A stretch of DNA of 35,970 nt from Archaeoglobaceae archaeon (GTDB taxonomy: Archaea > Halobacteriota > Archaeoglobi > Archaeoglobales > Archaeoglobaceae): positions 1-35,970 of the forward strand of contig JANXDV010000001.1 in assembly GCA_025058955.1 (NCBI GenBank). Reading direction: 5' to 3'. This document shows, piece after piece, positions 16,938-26,258 of the stretch. The position numbers were made by a program, and so were the translations under genes. Within the stretch, counting starts at the first letter, position 1, and each line of letters starts with the position of its first letter. The notes under the pieces are model-generated. The model made no database searches and was not told the origin of the DNA. It saw only the letters and a list, made by a program, of their open reading frames with translations.

Positions 16938-17625
16938 AAGAATTCTAAATTATGCTGAGCTTAAAGAAGACGATGTTGTGCTTGAAATTGGCTGTGGAAC
17001 TGGAAATTTAACAAAAGCTCTTCTTGAAAGGTGCAGAGTGATTGGGATTGAGAAAGATCGGAAATTCATAGAACTGCTTAGAAAAAAATTCAAAGAGGAA
17101 ATAGAAGCTAAAAAGCTCATTTTAATTCATGAAGACGCTTTGAAGGTTGAATTTCCATATTTTACAAAGTTTGTTTCAAATATTCCTTATGAGATCTCTT
17201 CTCCACTAATATTTAAGCTTTTTAATTACGATTTCGAGCTTGCAGTTCTCATGCTTCAGCGAGAATTTGCAGAAAGGCTCATCTGCGAAGATAGTCGGTT
17301 GGGAATCATTTCAAAAGCTTATTGCACAGCAGAATTGCTTGAAATTGTGGGTAGGAATAATTTTAAACCGATACCCAAAGTCGATTCTGCGATTGTTAGG
17401 ATCAGACGATCTCCGAAGATTGAAGTTAAAAACAAGCAGTTATTTGAGCTTTTTGTTACATTTGCGTTCACTATGAGAAGAAAAAAACTCGAGAAGATTG
17501 CAAAAGAATTTGAAAAAAGATTTGGCTATAAAATAAAGTTAGAGAAAGAGCTTGCCAATAAGCGTCCAGAAGAGATCGGAGCGCTCAATTTTTCGAGGAT
17601 CTTAGATGATCTACGAACCAGCTGA
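16894..17625 (+). CDS. rsmA: 16S rRNA (adenine-N6,N6)-dimethyltransferase KsgA/RsmA (Dim1)
   Basis: LGQHML N-terminus, SAM motif [11 protein letters not shown] and catalytic NIPY. Confidence 0.9.
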   Translation: MKLGQHMLMNRAIIERILNYAELKEDDVVLEIGCGTGNLTKALLERCRVIGIEKDRKFIELLRKKFKEEIEAKKLILIHEDALKVEFPYFTKFVSNIPYEISSPLIFKLFNYDFELAVLMLQREFAERLICEDSRLGIISKAYCTAELLEIVGRNNFKPIPKVDSAIVRIRRSPKIEVKNKQLFELFVTFAFTMRRKKLEKIAKEFEKRFGYKIKLEKELANKRPEEIGALNFSRILDDLRTS

Positions 17626-18163
17626 AGATAGCGAACTCTTGCTTGAAGTCGCATTGAAGGAGTTAGATCCGAATGATGAGGTAATAGAAATTGGTGCAGG
17701 AAGTGGTTTTGTAGCTGAAAAGCTTTTTAATAAGTGTAAATTTCTATTAACAACAGATATTTCGCCTTTTGCTGTGAAAAAACTCAAAGAAAAAGGATTA
17801 GACGTTGTCAGAACAGACATTGCAAATGGGATCAAAAAGAGGTTCTCTCTCGTTTTATTCAATCCACCATATTTAGAGCTTGAAAAAGAGTTGAAGCGTA
17901 GTTACTGGGAAGATCTGAGTATAGATGGTGGGAAGTATGGTTTGGAGGTGATCTGCAGATTTCTCGACACTCTGCGTAATTTTATGTCAGAGAGGGGAAG
18001 GGCGATCGTTATTGTTTCATCGTTGAACATACCAAAAGTTTTTGAAGAGATCACGATAAGAGGTTTTGAATACGAGATCGTTGGTGAGAAAAAACTATTT
18101 TTCGAAAAAATCTTTGCTATAAAGATCTTCGAACGAGGACAAGATCAAGGATCTCTTCTCTAA
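17606..18163 (+). CDS. HemK-related (Mtq2-like) protein N5-glutamine methyltransferase
   Basis: IYEPAEDS N-terminus, SAM motif IEIGAGSG and NPPY catalytic motif. Confidence 0.8.
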   Translation: MIYEPAEDSELLLEVALKELDPNDEVIEIGAGSGFVAEKLFNKCKFLLTTDISPFAVKKLKEKGLDVVRTDIANGIKKRFSLVLFNPPYLELEKELKRSYWEDLSIDGGKYGLEVICRFLDTLRNFMSERGRAIVIVSSLNIPKVFEEITIRGFEYEIVGEKKLFFEKIFAIKIFERGQDQGSLL

Positions 18164-18665
18164 CCTCAAAACCGTCTAAAGTCTCAAATTTTCCTTTTTC
18201 AACTTTTATGAGTTCTCCAACCTTTAGTTCTGGATTTGGTGATGAGACAACCTCATAAATTCCATCTGAAACGCATTTTAACCTCTTTATTTCTCTTTCA
18301 CATCCTCCACATTTAAATCCGAGTATAACGCTTAACCTATCAGCTACTTCGTCATTCATATGATGTTCAAGCTCACAGCCAAGCTTCTCAGCAACGTCAT
18401 CTTCAATGCCTATGAACTTGAAGAAGTTTGAAGCAATGTTGTAATGTCTTTTTATCCTTTTAGCTATTTCTTCTCCACTTTTTGTCAAAATAGCACCTTT
18501 GTAAGGGTTGTAGTCTACATATCCCATTTCTTTCAGCTTTAGAAGCATTTCAGTCACACTTGCAGGTTTTACTTTTAAGATCTTTGCAAGATCGCCAGTT
18601 TTTGCTACCTTCCCATTTTTTTGCAGATCGTATATGGCTTCAAGATACTCTTCCGCTCTTTCCAC
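18117..18665 (-). CDS. DtxR/MntR-family metal-dependent transcriptional repressor with C-terminal FeoA/SH3-like domain
   Basis: N-terminal wHTH ([10 protein letters not shown]..., [19 protein letters not shown]), a metal-site helix (ELEHHM), and a C-terminal beta domain. GTG start. Confidence 0.8.
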   Translation of the reverse strand: MERAEEYLEAIYDLQKNGKVAKTGDLAKILKVKPASVTEMLLKLKEMGYVDYNPYKGAILTKSGEEIAKRIKRHYNIASNFFKFIGIEDDVAEKLGCELEHHMNDEVADRLSVILGFKCGGCEREIKRLKCVSDGIYEVVSSPNPELKVGELIKVEKGKFETLDGFEVREEILDLVLVRRSL

Positions 18666-18714
18666 AAAAAGAGTATCTCGGAAAACTTAAATATTTTCGT
18701 CATTTGCTTCTCAC

Positions 18715-19968
18715 ATGTATTCCGAGATCTTCAATATAATCAGGAAGCACAATGAGATGATGAGAAACTCTATTCCATTGATTGCAAGCGAAAATCTAAC
18801 TTCCGAACTTGTTAGGAAATGCTACTTAGCGGATTTTGGTCATAGATATGCGGAGGGAAAAGTTGGAGAAAGATACTATGCGGGGTGTAAATTCATAGAC
18901 GAGGTTGAGGATCTCGCAATCAGACTAACTAAGAAACTTTTTGATGCAGAACATGTCAATCTACAACCAATTTCGGGTGTGGTAGCAAATCTTGCAGCAT
19001 TTTTTGCATTAACAAAACCTGGAGATACAGTTTTTAGTATATCAGTTCCCTGTGGGGGACATATAAGCCATGACAAGATCTCTGCTGCAGGATTAAGAGG
19101 TTTAAAAGTTGTTTACTATCCATTCGATGTCAAAGCGATGAATTTAGATCTTCCCGCAACTGAGAAGCTTGCAAGAGAAGTAAAGCCAGAGCTCTTCATA
19201 CTTGGCTCAAGTCTCATGCTCTTTAGACAGCCTGTGAAGGAGATCGTTGAGATCGCAGAAGAAATTGAGGCAAAAGTTATGTTCGACGCAAGTCATGTTC
19301 TTGGACTGATAGCGGGGAAAGTTTATCCAAATCCAATGAAAGAGGGGGCGGATGTGCTAACCGCTTCCACTCATAAAACCTTTTTTGGACCTCAAAGGGC
19401 TCTAATCTTAAGCAAGGAGAGTTTGGCAAAAAAGATCGATAGAGCGGTTTTTCCTGGAGTTGTGAGCAATCATCATCTCCATTCCTTAGCGGGATATGCG
19501 ATTGCAGTGATGGAAATGCTTGAATTTGGTGAAGAATACGCTAAACAAGTTGTAAAAAATGCAAAAAAACTTGCGGAGGAGCTTTATAACAGAAATTACG
19601 CAGTTCTTGGAGAGAAGTTTGGATTTACTGAGACTCATCAAATCGCAATAGACGTTCGTTCCTTGGGAGGAGGAGATCCAGTTGCGAGAAAGCTGGAGGC
19701 GGTAGGGATAATAATAAACAAAAATCTACTACCGTGGGATCCACTTGAGAGCACCGCAAATCCATCTGGAATTCGACTTGGAGTTCAAGAAGTGACAAGA
19801 CTTGGAATGAAGGAAGAGGAAATGATTTCAATTGCTGAATTCATCGATATGGCTATAAAGGAGAAAAAGAGTTTTGAAGAACTCAGAAAAGAGATCTCAG
19901 AGTTTAGAAGGGATTTTCAAACTGTAAAGTTCACCTTTGAAGAGTGCAATGCGTATTCTGAACTATGA
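18715..19968 (+). CDS. glyA: serine hydroxymethyltransferase
   Basis: Motifs LIASEN, RYYAGC and the PLP-lysine motif TASTHKTFFGPQRA. Confidence 0.92.
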   Translation: MYSEIFNIIRKHNEMMRNSIPLIASENLTSELVRKCYLADFGHRYAEGKVGERYYAGCKFIDEVEDLAIRLTKKLFDAEHVNLQPISGVVANLAAFFALTKPGDTVFSISVPCGGHISHDKISAAGLRGLKVVYYPFDVKAMNLDLPATEKLAREVKPELFILGSSLMLFRQPVKEIVEIAEEIEAKVMFDASHVLGLIAGKVYPNPMKEGADVLTASTHKTFFGPQRALILSKESLAKKIDRAVFPGVVSNHHLHSLAGYAIAVMEMLEFGEEYAKQVVKNAKKLAEELYNRNYAVLGEKFGFTETHQIAIDVRSLGGGDPVARKLEAVGIIINKNLLPWDPLESTANPSGIRLGVQEVTRLGMKEEEMISIAEFIDMAIKEKKSFEELRKEISEFRRDFQTVKFTFEECNAYSEL

Positions 19969-20867
19969 TAAAAAATTTAAATCCCGCATTATTTGAAAGA
20001 CTTTTAAAAATCGACCCCTCTCCAAACTTCCTCGAATTTCTTGAAAAGCCCTTGAGAAAAAGTGTTAGAATAAACACACTTAAAGCAAATTTGGATTTCG
20101 TAGTAAATAGACTCTCGGCAATTCTTGAAGAAAGAGTCCCGTGGTGTGAAGAGGGTTATTACGTTAACACTGAAGAGCTTTCATCAATCCCGGAGCACCC
20201 GCTCGGGGTGGTCTTTTCACAATCTTCAGTTTCAATGATCCCGCCAATTTTGATGGAACTTGAACCAAAAATGACCGTTCTTGATCTCTGTGCATCTCCA
20301 GGAGCAAAAACGACACAAATAGCCCAGTATATGGAAAATGAGGGATGTATAGTTGCAAATGACGTAAAAATTGAAAGGATCAACATGTTGATCTCAAATC
20401 TTCAGAAGTGTGGAGTGCTGATCGCTAAAGTCACCATGCTTGATGGAAGGAAATTTGCAAAATTTGAGAAAAAATTTGATGCGGTGCTCGTGGACGCTCC
20501 TTGTAGTAATTTGGGAATGATCAGAAAGAACTTTGTTTATGCGAAACAGTGGAATTTGAAAATGAGTCTTCATTTGTCTAAATTGCAGAAGGAGTTGCTA
20601 ATGACAGGTTATAAGTGTCTTAAACCTGGTGGGATCCTTATCTACTCAACTTGCACCTTAGAGCCTTTGGAGAATGAAGAAGTCATCGATTACCTTTTGA
20701 GGAATACTGAAGCCAATTTGGAAAAGATTGAGCTACCAATAAACGCAATTGGCGGATTTACAAAATTTGAAGAAAATTCTTATTTAGAGGAGGTGAAAAA
20801 ATGTCTTCGAATTCATCCACAGATGAACGACACAGAGGGATTTTTTGTAGCGAAGATCACAAAATAA
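19965..20867 (+). CDS. NOL1/NOP2/Sun-family RNA cytosine-C5 methyltransferase (Trm4-like)
   Basis: Motifs DLCASPGAKT and VLVDAPCSNLG (motif IV Cys), LIYSTCTL (motif VI Cys) and TEGFFVAK. ATGA overlap with glyA. Confidence 0.85.
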   Translation: MIKNLNPALFERLLKIDPSPNFLEFLEKPLRKSVRINTLKANLDFVVNRLSAILEERVPWCEEGYYVNTEELSSIPEHPLGVVFSQSSVSMIPPILMELEPKMTVLDLCASPGAKTTQIAQYMENEGCIVANDVKIERINMLISNLQKCGVLIAKVTMLDGRKFAKFEKKFDAVLVDAPCSNLGMIRKNFVYAKQWNLKMSLHLSKLQKELLMTGYKCLKPGGILIYSTCTLEPLENEEVIDYLLRNTEANLEKIELPINAIGGFTKFEENSYLEEVKKCLRIHPQMNDTEGFFVAKITK

Positions 20868-21265
20868 AAGCTCTTATTAGAGAACAATTCGGTGCGGAAG
20901 TTGAGCTATGCTTTTACGTTGGAGGGAGAGGTAAAGTGTATGCTTATAAAGAGTGCGAGTTTTCCATTAGAGGCAAAAACAAGGGAATTTATTTCGGTAA
21001 GATCGAAAAAGACGGGTTGAGACTTTCGATCGAGGGAAGTTTTATCGTCGGAAGATTTGCAAAAAAAGGTGTTTTAGAGATCCACGAAAGAGAGGCGATT
21101 GATTGGTTGAATGGAAAGGATCTGAAAAGCGACTATAAAGGCTACTGCATACTCAGGTGGGGAGAATACTTCTTGGGTTGTGGAAAGGGGAATGGTAAGG
21201 TTATAAAAAATTACGTGCCAAAAGATCGAAGACTTCGAGCCTCTTCAGAGGAAATCGGCGATTAG
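20801..21265 (+). CDS. Nip7-like PUA-domain RNA-binding protein
   Basis: The pattern VYAY...GIYFG...L.PSIEG......K..V......A..WL.GKDL...YKGYCIL..G.YFLGCGKG.GKVIKNYVPKDRRLR resembles archaeal Nip7 and its PUA domain. The only canonical start (ATG 20801) lies 67 nt inside the NSUN gene, so the start is uncertain. Confidence 0.55.
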   Translation: MSSNSSTDERHRGIFCSEDHKIKALIREQFGAEVELCFYVGGRGKVYAYKECEFSIRGKNKGIYFGKIEKDGLRLSIEGSFIVGRFAKKGVLEIHEREAIDWLNGKDLKSDYKGYCILRWGEYFLGCGKGNGKVIKNYVPKDRRLRASSEEIGD

Positions 21266-22003
21266 TGGCAAATGATCCGAAGGTCTCTCCGCAAGTCTTG
21301 GTTTAAGATCCACATCGCAGTATTTGCATTTCTCAGCAAGGCTCTTTGTAGCGAGAATTGCATCTACTCTCCAGCCAAGTCCCTTCTCTATTGCACCTTT
21401 AACGCGATAGTCGTAGAATGAATAGATCTTCTCATTTGGATGCATTTTCCTTAGCAGATCTACAAAGCCAAGATCCAATATCTTCTTATATGCTTTTCTC
21501 GCATCCTCGTGGAAACAAACATGATTCCTTAGCTTTTCAGGACTATGAACGTCTATTGGCTCGGGGGCAACGTTCATGTCTCCGCAGATCAGTATTCTAT
21601 CGTTTAGATCAAATTTTTTAATCCACTCATAGAATTTCTCAAGCCATTTGAGCTTGTAAACATACTTTTCGCTTTCTATACTGTAGCCTTGCGGAACATA
21701 GATGTTGATCAACTTAAGATCATCGAATTCTGCAAAGATCAATCGATCTTCATCTTCTCCATTCAAACCAAAGCTAACCTTTATTGGCTCTTTCAGCGAC
21801 GCAATTGCAACCCCACTCTGCCCTCCCTTGCCTCTGAAGACAACGTGATATCCAAGCCTTAGAAATTCTGCTGAGGGAAATTTCCTGTCCTCAACCTTTG
21901 TTTCCTGCATGCAAAAGAAATCTGGCTTCTTCTCCTTTATCCATGGGATAACGATGTGAAGCCTTGAATTGATTGAGTTCACATTGAAAGTTGCAACTCG
22001 CAT
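21245..22003 (-). CDS. xth: exodeoxyribonuclease III / AP endonuclease
   Basis: Motifs ATFNVNS, FCMQETK, GDMNVAP and SDHLPL, typical of the ExoIII/EEP family. Confidence 0.9.
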   Translation of the reverse strand: MRVATFNVNSINSRLHIVIPWIKEKKPDFFCMQETKVEDRKFPSAEFLRLGYHVVFRGKGGQSGVAIASLKEPIKVSFGLNGEDEDRLIFAEFDDLKLINIYVPQGYSIESEKYVYKLKWLEKFYEWIKKFDLNDRILICGDMNVAPEPIDVHSPEKLRNHVCFHEDARKAYKKILDLGFVDLLRKMHPNEKIYSFYDYRVKGAIEKGLGWRVDAILATKSLAEKCKYCDVDLKPRLAERPSDHLPLIADFL

Positions 22004-22024
22004 GGTTTCAATTCATTATTTAAA

Positions 22025-22654
22025 TTAAAAATCTTTCCTCGAATTGTAGCTCTTACAAGAATTCCTTATAGGACACTCTTCACATTTCGGATTTCTTGGT
22101 AAGCATAAAGTTTGTCCAAAGCCAACAAATGCGGAATTCAGTCTATCCCAAAGTTCTATTGGAAAGATCTTCTTTAATTCTTCCTCAGTCTCCTCTGGCT
22201 TCCGAGTTTCCACCAATCCAAGTCTATTCGCAATTCTGTGCACGTGAGTGTCTACAGCAATGGCGGGTTTACCAAGATAAGCTAAGACTATGTTTGCGGT
22301 TTTTCTCCCAACCCCTGGAAGTTCTAAGAGCTCTTCAATCGTTTCCGGGAATTTTCTTCCCCTAAGGATCTCAGCGATCTCCTTTATTCTTCTCGCCTTA
22401 ACCCTATAAAATCCAACCGATCTTATAAGGCTCTCTATCTCATCCACTTTCATCTCAGCAAGTTCTTCAATCGAATTCACCTTAGAAAAGAGTTTCGCGA
22501 CAGCCTTTGAAGTCTGCTCATCTCTTGTTCTTGCACTCAAAACTGTAGCGATTAGAATTTGCCAAGGTTCAAGCTTTACATTGTGCAAGAAGATCGGAGC
22601 ATTTCTCTTCTTTGCTTCACTTTCCATGAGATCTATGAGCTCAAAGAGATCCAT
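22025..22654 (-). CDS. nth: endonuclease III (HhH-GPD DNA glycosylase/AP lyase with [4Fe-4S])
   Basis: Motifs LPGVGRKTANIVL and VDTHVHR, and a CX6CX2CX5C cluster (CLPRNPKCEECPIRNSC). Start at ATG 22654. The longer ORF to 22822 overlaps purM and looks non-protein-like. Confidence 0.88.
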   Translation of the reverse strand: MDLFELIDLMESEAKKRNAPIFLHNVKLEPWQILIATVLSARTRDEQTSKAVAKLFSKVNSIEELAEMKVDEIESLIRSVGFYRVKARRIKEIAEILRGRKFPETIEELLELPGVGRKTANIVLAYLGKPAIAVDTHVHRIANRLGLVETRKPEETEEELKKIFPIELWDRLNSAFVGFGQTLCLPRNPKCEECPIRNSCKSYNSRKDF

Positions 22655-22699
22655 GCTTTTAATCGAATAAGTTTTTAAAAAGTTCTTCCAATTTTGGCT

Positions 22700-23683
22700 A
22701 TGAAGTTCGATTATGCAAAGACTGGTGTGGATATAAGTAAGACTGAGAAAGCTATAAACGCTTTGACGAGCATTGTGAAATACAGGAGGAGAGGATTTGG
22801 AGGACCAATTCTCGTTTCCCATTACGCTGGAGTCATAGATCTCGGCGATTATGGTGTTGCAATCACAACCGATGGAGTTGGGACTAAGATCCTTGTTGGG
22901 ATTGCGATGAAGAAGTTCGACACTCTCGGAATTGACTGCGTTGCTGCAAATGTCAACGATCTGCTCGCAATAGGGGCGGAGCCTTTGGCAATGGTTGACT
23001 ACATTGCAATGCAGAAGATCGATGAAAACATCGTTGCGGAGATCGCAAAAGGGCTTGAAGAGGGTTGTAGAATTGCAAACATAACACTTGTTGCTGGAGA
23101 AACCGCGACGCTGACGGAGATGATCAATGGCTTTGACTTAGCTGGAACAGCGATAGGAGTTGTGAAGAAGGACAAGATCATAACTGGCAAAGATGTTAAG
23201 CCTGGAGACGTTATAATGGCTCTTCCAAGCTCTGGAATTCACTGCAATGGTTTAACCTTAGCAAGGAAAGTTATTGAAGCGAATGGGCTTAGCTATTTCG
23301 ACAAATTCGGAAACAAAACGATTGGAGAGGAGCTATTGACTCCCACAAAGATCTACATGGAAGTCCTTGAGATCATAAAGAACTGCGAAGTTCATGGACT
23401 TGCACATATAACTGGTGGTGCTTTTAGAAAACTGAAAAGATTGAGAAAGGATGTGAAATACGTCATCGACTCACCGCTAAAGCCTCAGGAGATCTTCAAG
23501 TTCATTCAAAAGCTTGGCAATGTAGACGAGCTTGAGATGTATCGAACTTTCAACATGGGAATGGGTTTTCTCGTCATTGTGCCAGAAAAATCTGTGAGCT
23601 GTGTTGAAAAATTTGGAGCGAAGAGAGTGGGTTACATAGATGAAGGAGAAGGAGTATTTGTCAAAGATCTCAGAATTGACTGA
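22700..23683 (+). CDS. purM: phosphoribosylformylglycinamidine cyclo-ligase (AIR synthetase)
   Basis: Motifs [24 protein letters not shown] and [11 protein letters not shown] 22700 is preferred over TTG 22694. Confidence 0.9.
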   Translation: MKFDYAKTGVDISKTEKAINALTSIVKYRRRGFGGPILVSHYAGVIDLGDYGVAITTDGVGTKILVGIAMKKFDTLGIDCVAANVNDLLAIGAEPLAMVDYIAMQKIDENIVAEIAKGLEEGCRIANITLVAGETATLTEMINGFDLAGTAIGVVKKDKIITGKDVKPGDVIMALPSSGIHCNGLTLARKVIEANGLSYFDKFGNKTIGEELLTPTKIYMEVLEIIKNCEVHGLAHITGGAFRKLKRLRKDVKYVIDSPLKPQEIFKFIQKLGNVDELEMYRTFNMGMGFLVIVPEKSVSCVEKFGAKRVGYIDEGEGVFVKDLRID

Positions 23684-24305
23684 TCCTAAGCTTCCTGAGG
23701 TTTCTGAAGAGATCTTAAGAGCGATAAAAAATAGGATCGAAGAGTTTGAAAAACTTGGCAAAAATGGGAGAACAACTTTTGACTTTAAACCTTTTTTAGA
23801 TTTAGAACTTGAAGCAACGGTTGAAACAGAGCTTGCTTTTTGCATTTCAACAGCAAATTCATCTGCAAAAGCTGGTTTGAGATTTCAAAAGCTTTTGGAA
23901 GGCAAAGAACTTTCAAAACTTGAGGCTAAGGAAATTGAAGAGCTTTTAAGAAGGGCTGGGGTAAGATTTTGTAAAAAGAAAGCAATATATATAGAAAATG
24001 CTATAAAAAAATTCCAAAGGCTCCAGATACTCGAAGAAGATGCAAGAGATCTTCTTGTAAAAGAATTCTATGGACTTGGATTCAAGGAAGCGAGCCATTT
24101 TTTGAGAAACATTGGCAGAAAGGATTTTGCAATCCTCGATAGACATATACTTAGATGGCTTGGAATATCTTATCCTTCTCTAACGAGGAAAAGATATCTC
24201 GAGGTGGAGAATAGAATGAGGGAGATAGCTTTAAAAAACAAAATCAGCGTTGCGGAGCTCGATCTTCTTGTATGGTTTTCAAAAACAAAAATGGTTTTGA
24301 AATAG
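23640..24305 (+). CDS. ogg: Ogg2-type 8-oxoguanine DNA glycosylase/AP lyase (HhH-GPD)
   Basis: [15 protein letters not shown]...FAILDRH (catalytic Lys and Asp context) and a size of about 220 aa, as in archaeal Ogg2 enzymes. Confidence 0.75.
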   Translation: MKEKEYLSKISELTDPKLPEVSEEILRAIKNRIEEFEKLGKNGRTTFDFKPFLDLELEATVETELAFCISTANSSAKAGLRFQKLLEGKELSKLEAKEIEELLRRAGVRFCKKKAIYIENAIKKFQRLQILEEDARDLLVKEFYGLGFKEASHFLRNIGRKDFAILDRHILRWLGISYPSLTRKRYLEVENRMREIALKNKISVAELDLLVWFSKTKMVLK

Positions 24306-26198
24306 TTAGATCTTCAAAGCAAGCTCAAATGCCTCCATTGTTGCATCTATAGCCTTTCTTGGCTTAACACAGTCCCCGATCTTGTAAATTTCTGGCACTT
24401 TGTCTTTGAGTTGATCATAGAGCCCATCATTCGACTTTGTTCCAACTGCAAGCACCGCGGTGTCGCATTCGATCTCCTTCAGTCCCTTTGGAGTTTCAAC
24501 CACTACCGCATTCTTCCTGATCTCCACAGCTTCTGTTTCTGTGAGCATTTCAACTCCTTTCTGGTTAAGATAAAGCAATACAGTCCATCTCGTGCTAATT
24601 CCAATGTCCTGACCAATCTTTGGAAGCATATCGATCAGCGTAACCTTGCATTTGTCAGCAAGTAATGCAGCGGTGTCACAGCCAATGCCTCCTCCACCGA
24701 TCACAACCACTTTCTTCCCAACCTTTGCCTTCCCGCTGAGAACGTCAAAGGCGGTTACAGCATTTTCAACTCCTGGAATTGGTGGTATCAAAGGAGATGC
24801 GCCGACTGCAATGATCACGACATCTGGTTTTTCAGCAAGCACTTTCTCTGGAGTTGCAGTAGTGTTGTAGTAGATCTTAACTCCAAGCTTTGGAAGAACA
24901 TTCATGAAGTATTTTCCAAATTCTGCAAACTCGTAAGCAAGTGGAGAGCTTGATGCGATGTTGAATTGCCCTCCCAATTTGTCGGTCTTTTCGAAAAGCA
25001 CAACTTTGTGCCCTTTCTTTGCAAGAAATTCTGCAGAAACGCAACCTCCAGGACCTCCACCGACAATAACTATCTTCTTCCTCTTTTCAGCCTTCAAATC
25101 TCTGATCTCAGCCTCTCTTCCTGCGGAAGGATTAACCAAGCAAGTAACCTCCATTCCCTGCATAACATTGTCCATACAACCTTGATTACAGGCTATGCAA
25201 TATCTTATCTCGTCAAATCTTCCTTCCTTAGCCTTCTTTGGAAATTCAGGATCCGCAAGCAATGCTCTGAACATTGCAACCATGTCCGCTTTTCCCTCTT
25301 GAAGGATCTTCTCTGCAACGATTGGATCGTTTATTCTGTGAGCTATGATCACTGGCACATTAACCGCCTTCTTGATCTCTTCGCTGAGATAAGCAAATCC
25401 ACCCCTTGGAACAAGCATCGTTGTAAGTGGTCTTCTTGACTCATGCCAACCCGCCATGACATTGATCGCACAAACACCAGCGTCTTCAAGGATCTTTGCA
25501 ATAACCTTCATCTCTTTAACAGTATTTCCACCTTCGACGAATTCATCACCGGGAATTCTGATCATAACTGGATAATTGCCACATTTTTCCTTGATCCTTT
25601 CTACGATCTCAACCGCAAACCTTGCTCTATTTTCTATGCTCCCTCCATACTCGTCTTTCCTCTTATTCGTTGCGGGACTGAAGAATTGTGAAATGAGATA
25701 TCCAGCAGATCCAATTAGCTCAACTGCATCAAATCCCGCTTTTTTAGCTCTCAAAGCAGCTTCTGAAAACTCTTCTTCGATCTTTAAAATTTCCTCCTTG
25801 GTAAGCTCCTTCGGAGTCCTCTTTGTGAAGATCGGAGGGGGAATTGGAGAAGGTGCGACCGGGGTTCTATCAGGATCGAATGAGATCTCGTATCTTCCTG
25901 GATGCCATAGTTGAACCGCACATTTTACATCGTATTCATGAAATAATTTGGAGAGCCTTGAAAGCTCGGGGATAAATTTGTCGTCATATATTGCGAGACC
26001 CCCATGGAAATACCGCTCGATCTTAGCAACTCCTACAATTGCGAATCCTATTCCTCCCTTTGCACGCTCTCTATAGAAGTCAAGAAGTCTCTCTGTAATT
26101 CCACCTTCGGGTGTGTGATAATTCAGCTCTGCAGCGGGCAAAACGATGCGGTTCTTTATCTTCATTCCCTCGATCTCTATTGGCTCAAAAAGCTTCAT
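24306..26198 (-). CDS. Old-Yellow-Enzyme-type NADH:flavin oxidoreductase fused to an FAD/NAD(P) domain (2,4-dienoyl-CoA reductase / NADH oxidase-like)
   Basis: N-terminal FMN TIM-barrel, an Fe-S motif CIACNQGC, then two Rossmann motifs (VGGGPGG, VIGGGGIG). Confidence 0.8.
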   Translation of the reverse strand: MKLFEPIEIEGMKIKNRIVLPAAELNYHTPEGGITERLLDFYRERAKGGIGFAIVGVAKIERYFHGGLAIYDDKFIPELSRLSKLFHEYDVKCAVQLWHPGRYEISFDPDRTPVAPSPIPPPIFTKRTPKELTKEEILKIEEEFSEAALRAKKAGFDAVELIGSAGYLISQFFSPATNKRKDEYGGSIENRARFAVEIVERIKEKCGNYPVMIRIPGDEFVEGGNTVKEMKVIAKILEDAGVCAINVMAGWHESRRPLTTMLVPRGGFAYLSEEIKKAVNVPVIIAHRINDPIVAEKILQEGKADMVAMFRALLADPEFPKKAKEGRFDEIRYCIACNQGCMDNVMQGMEVTCLVNPSAGREAEIRDLKAEKRKKIVIVGGGPGGCVSAEFLAKKGHKVVLFEKTDKLGGQFNIASSSPLAYEFAEFGKYFMNVLPKLGVKIYYNTTATPEKVLAEKPDVVIIAVGASPLIPPIPGVENAVTAFDVLSGKAKVGKKVVVIGGGGIGCDTAALLADKCKVTLIDMLPKIGQDIGISTRWTVLLYLNQKGVEMLTETEAVEIRKNAVVVETPKGLKEIECDTAVLAVGTKSNDGLYDQLKDKVPEIYKIGDCVKPRKAIDATMEAFELALKI

Positions 26199-26258
26199 AG
26201 CAAAACTTTATAATTACGTATAAAATGCTTTCGATTCCGCTCTAAAAAACTATAGTTC

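Noticed and set aside
22655-22822. N-terminal extension of the endonuclease III ORF
   Set aside because: It overlaps the purM start and has non-protein-like composition. The homology-like sequence starts at MDLFELI (ATG 22654).
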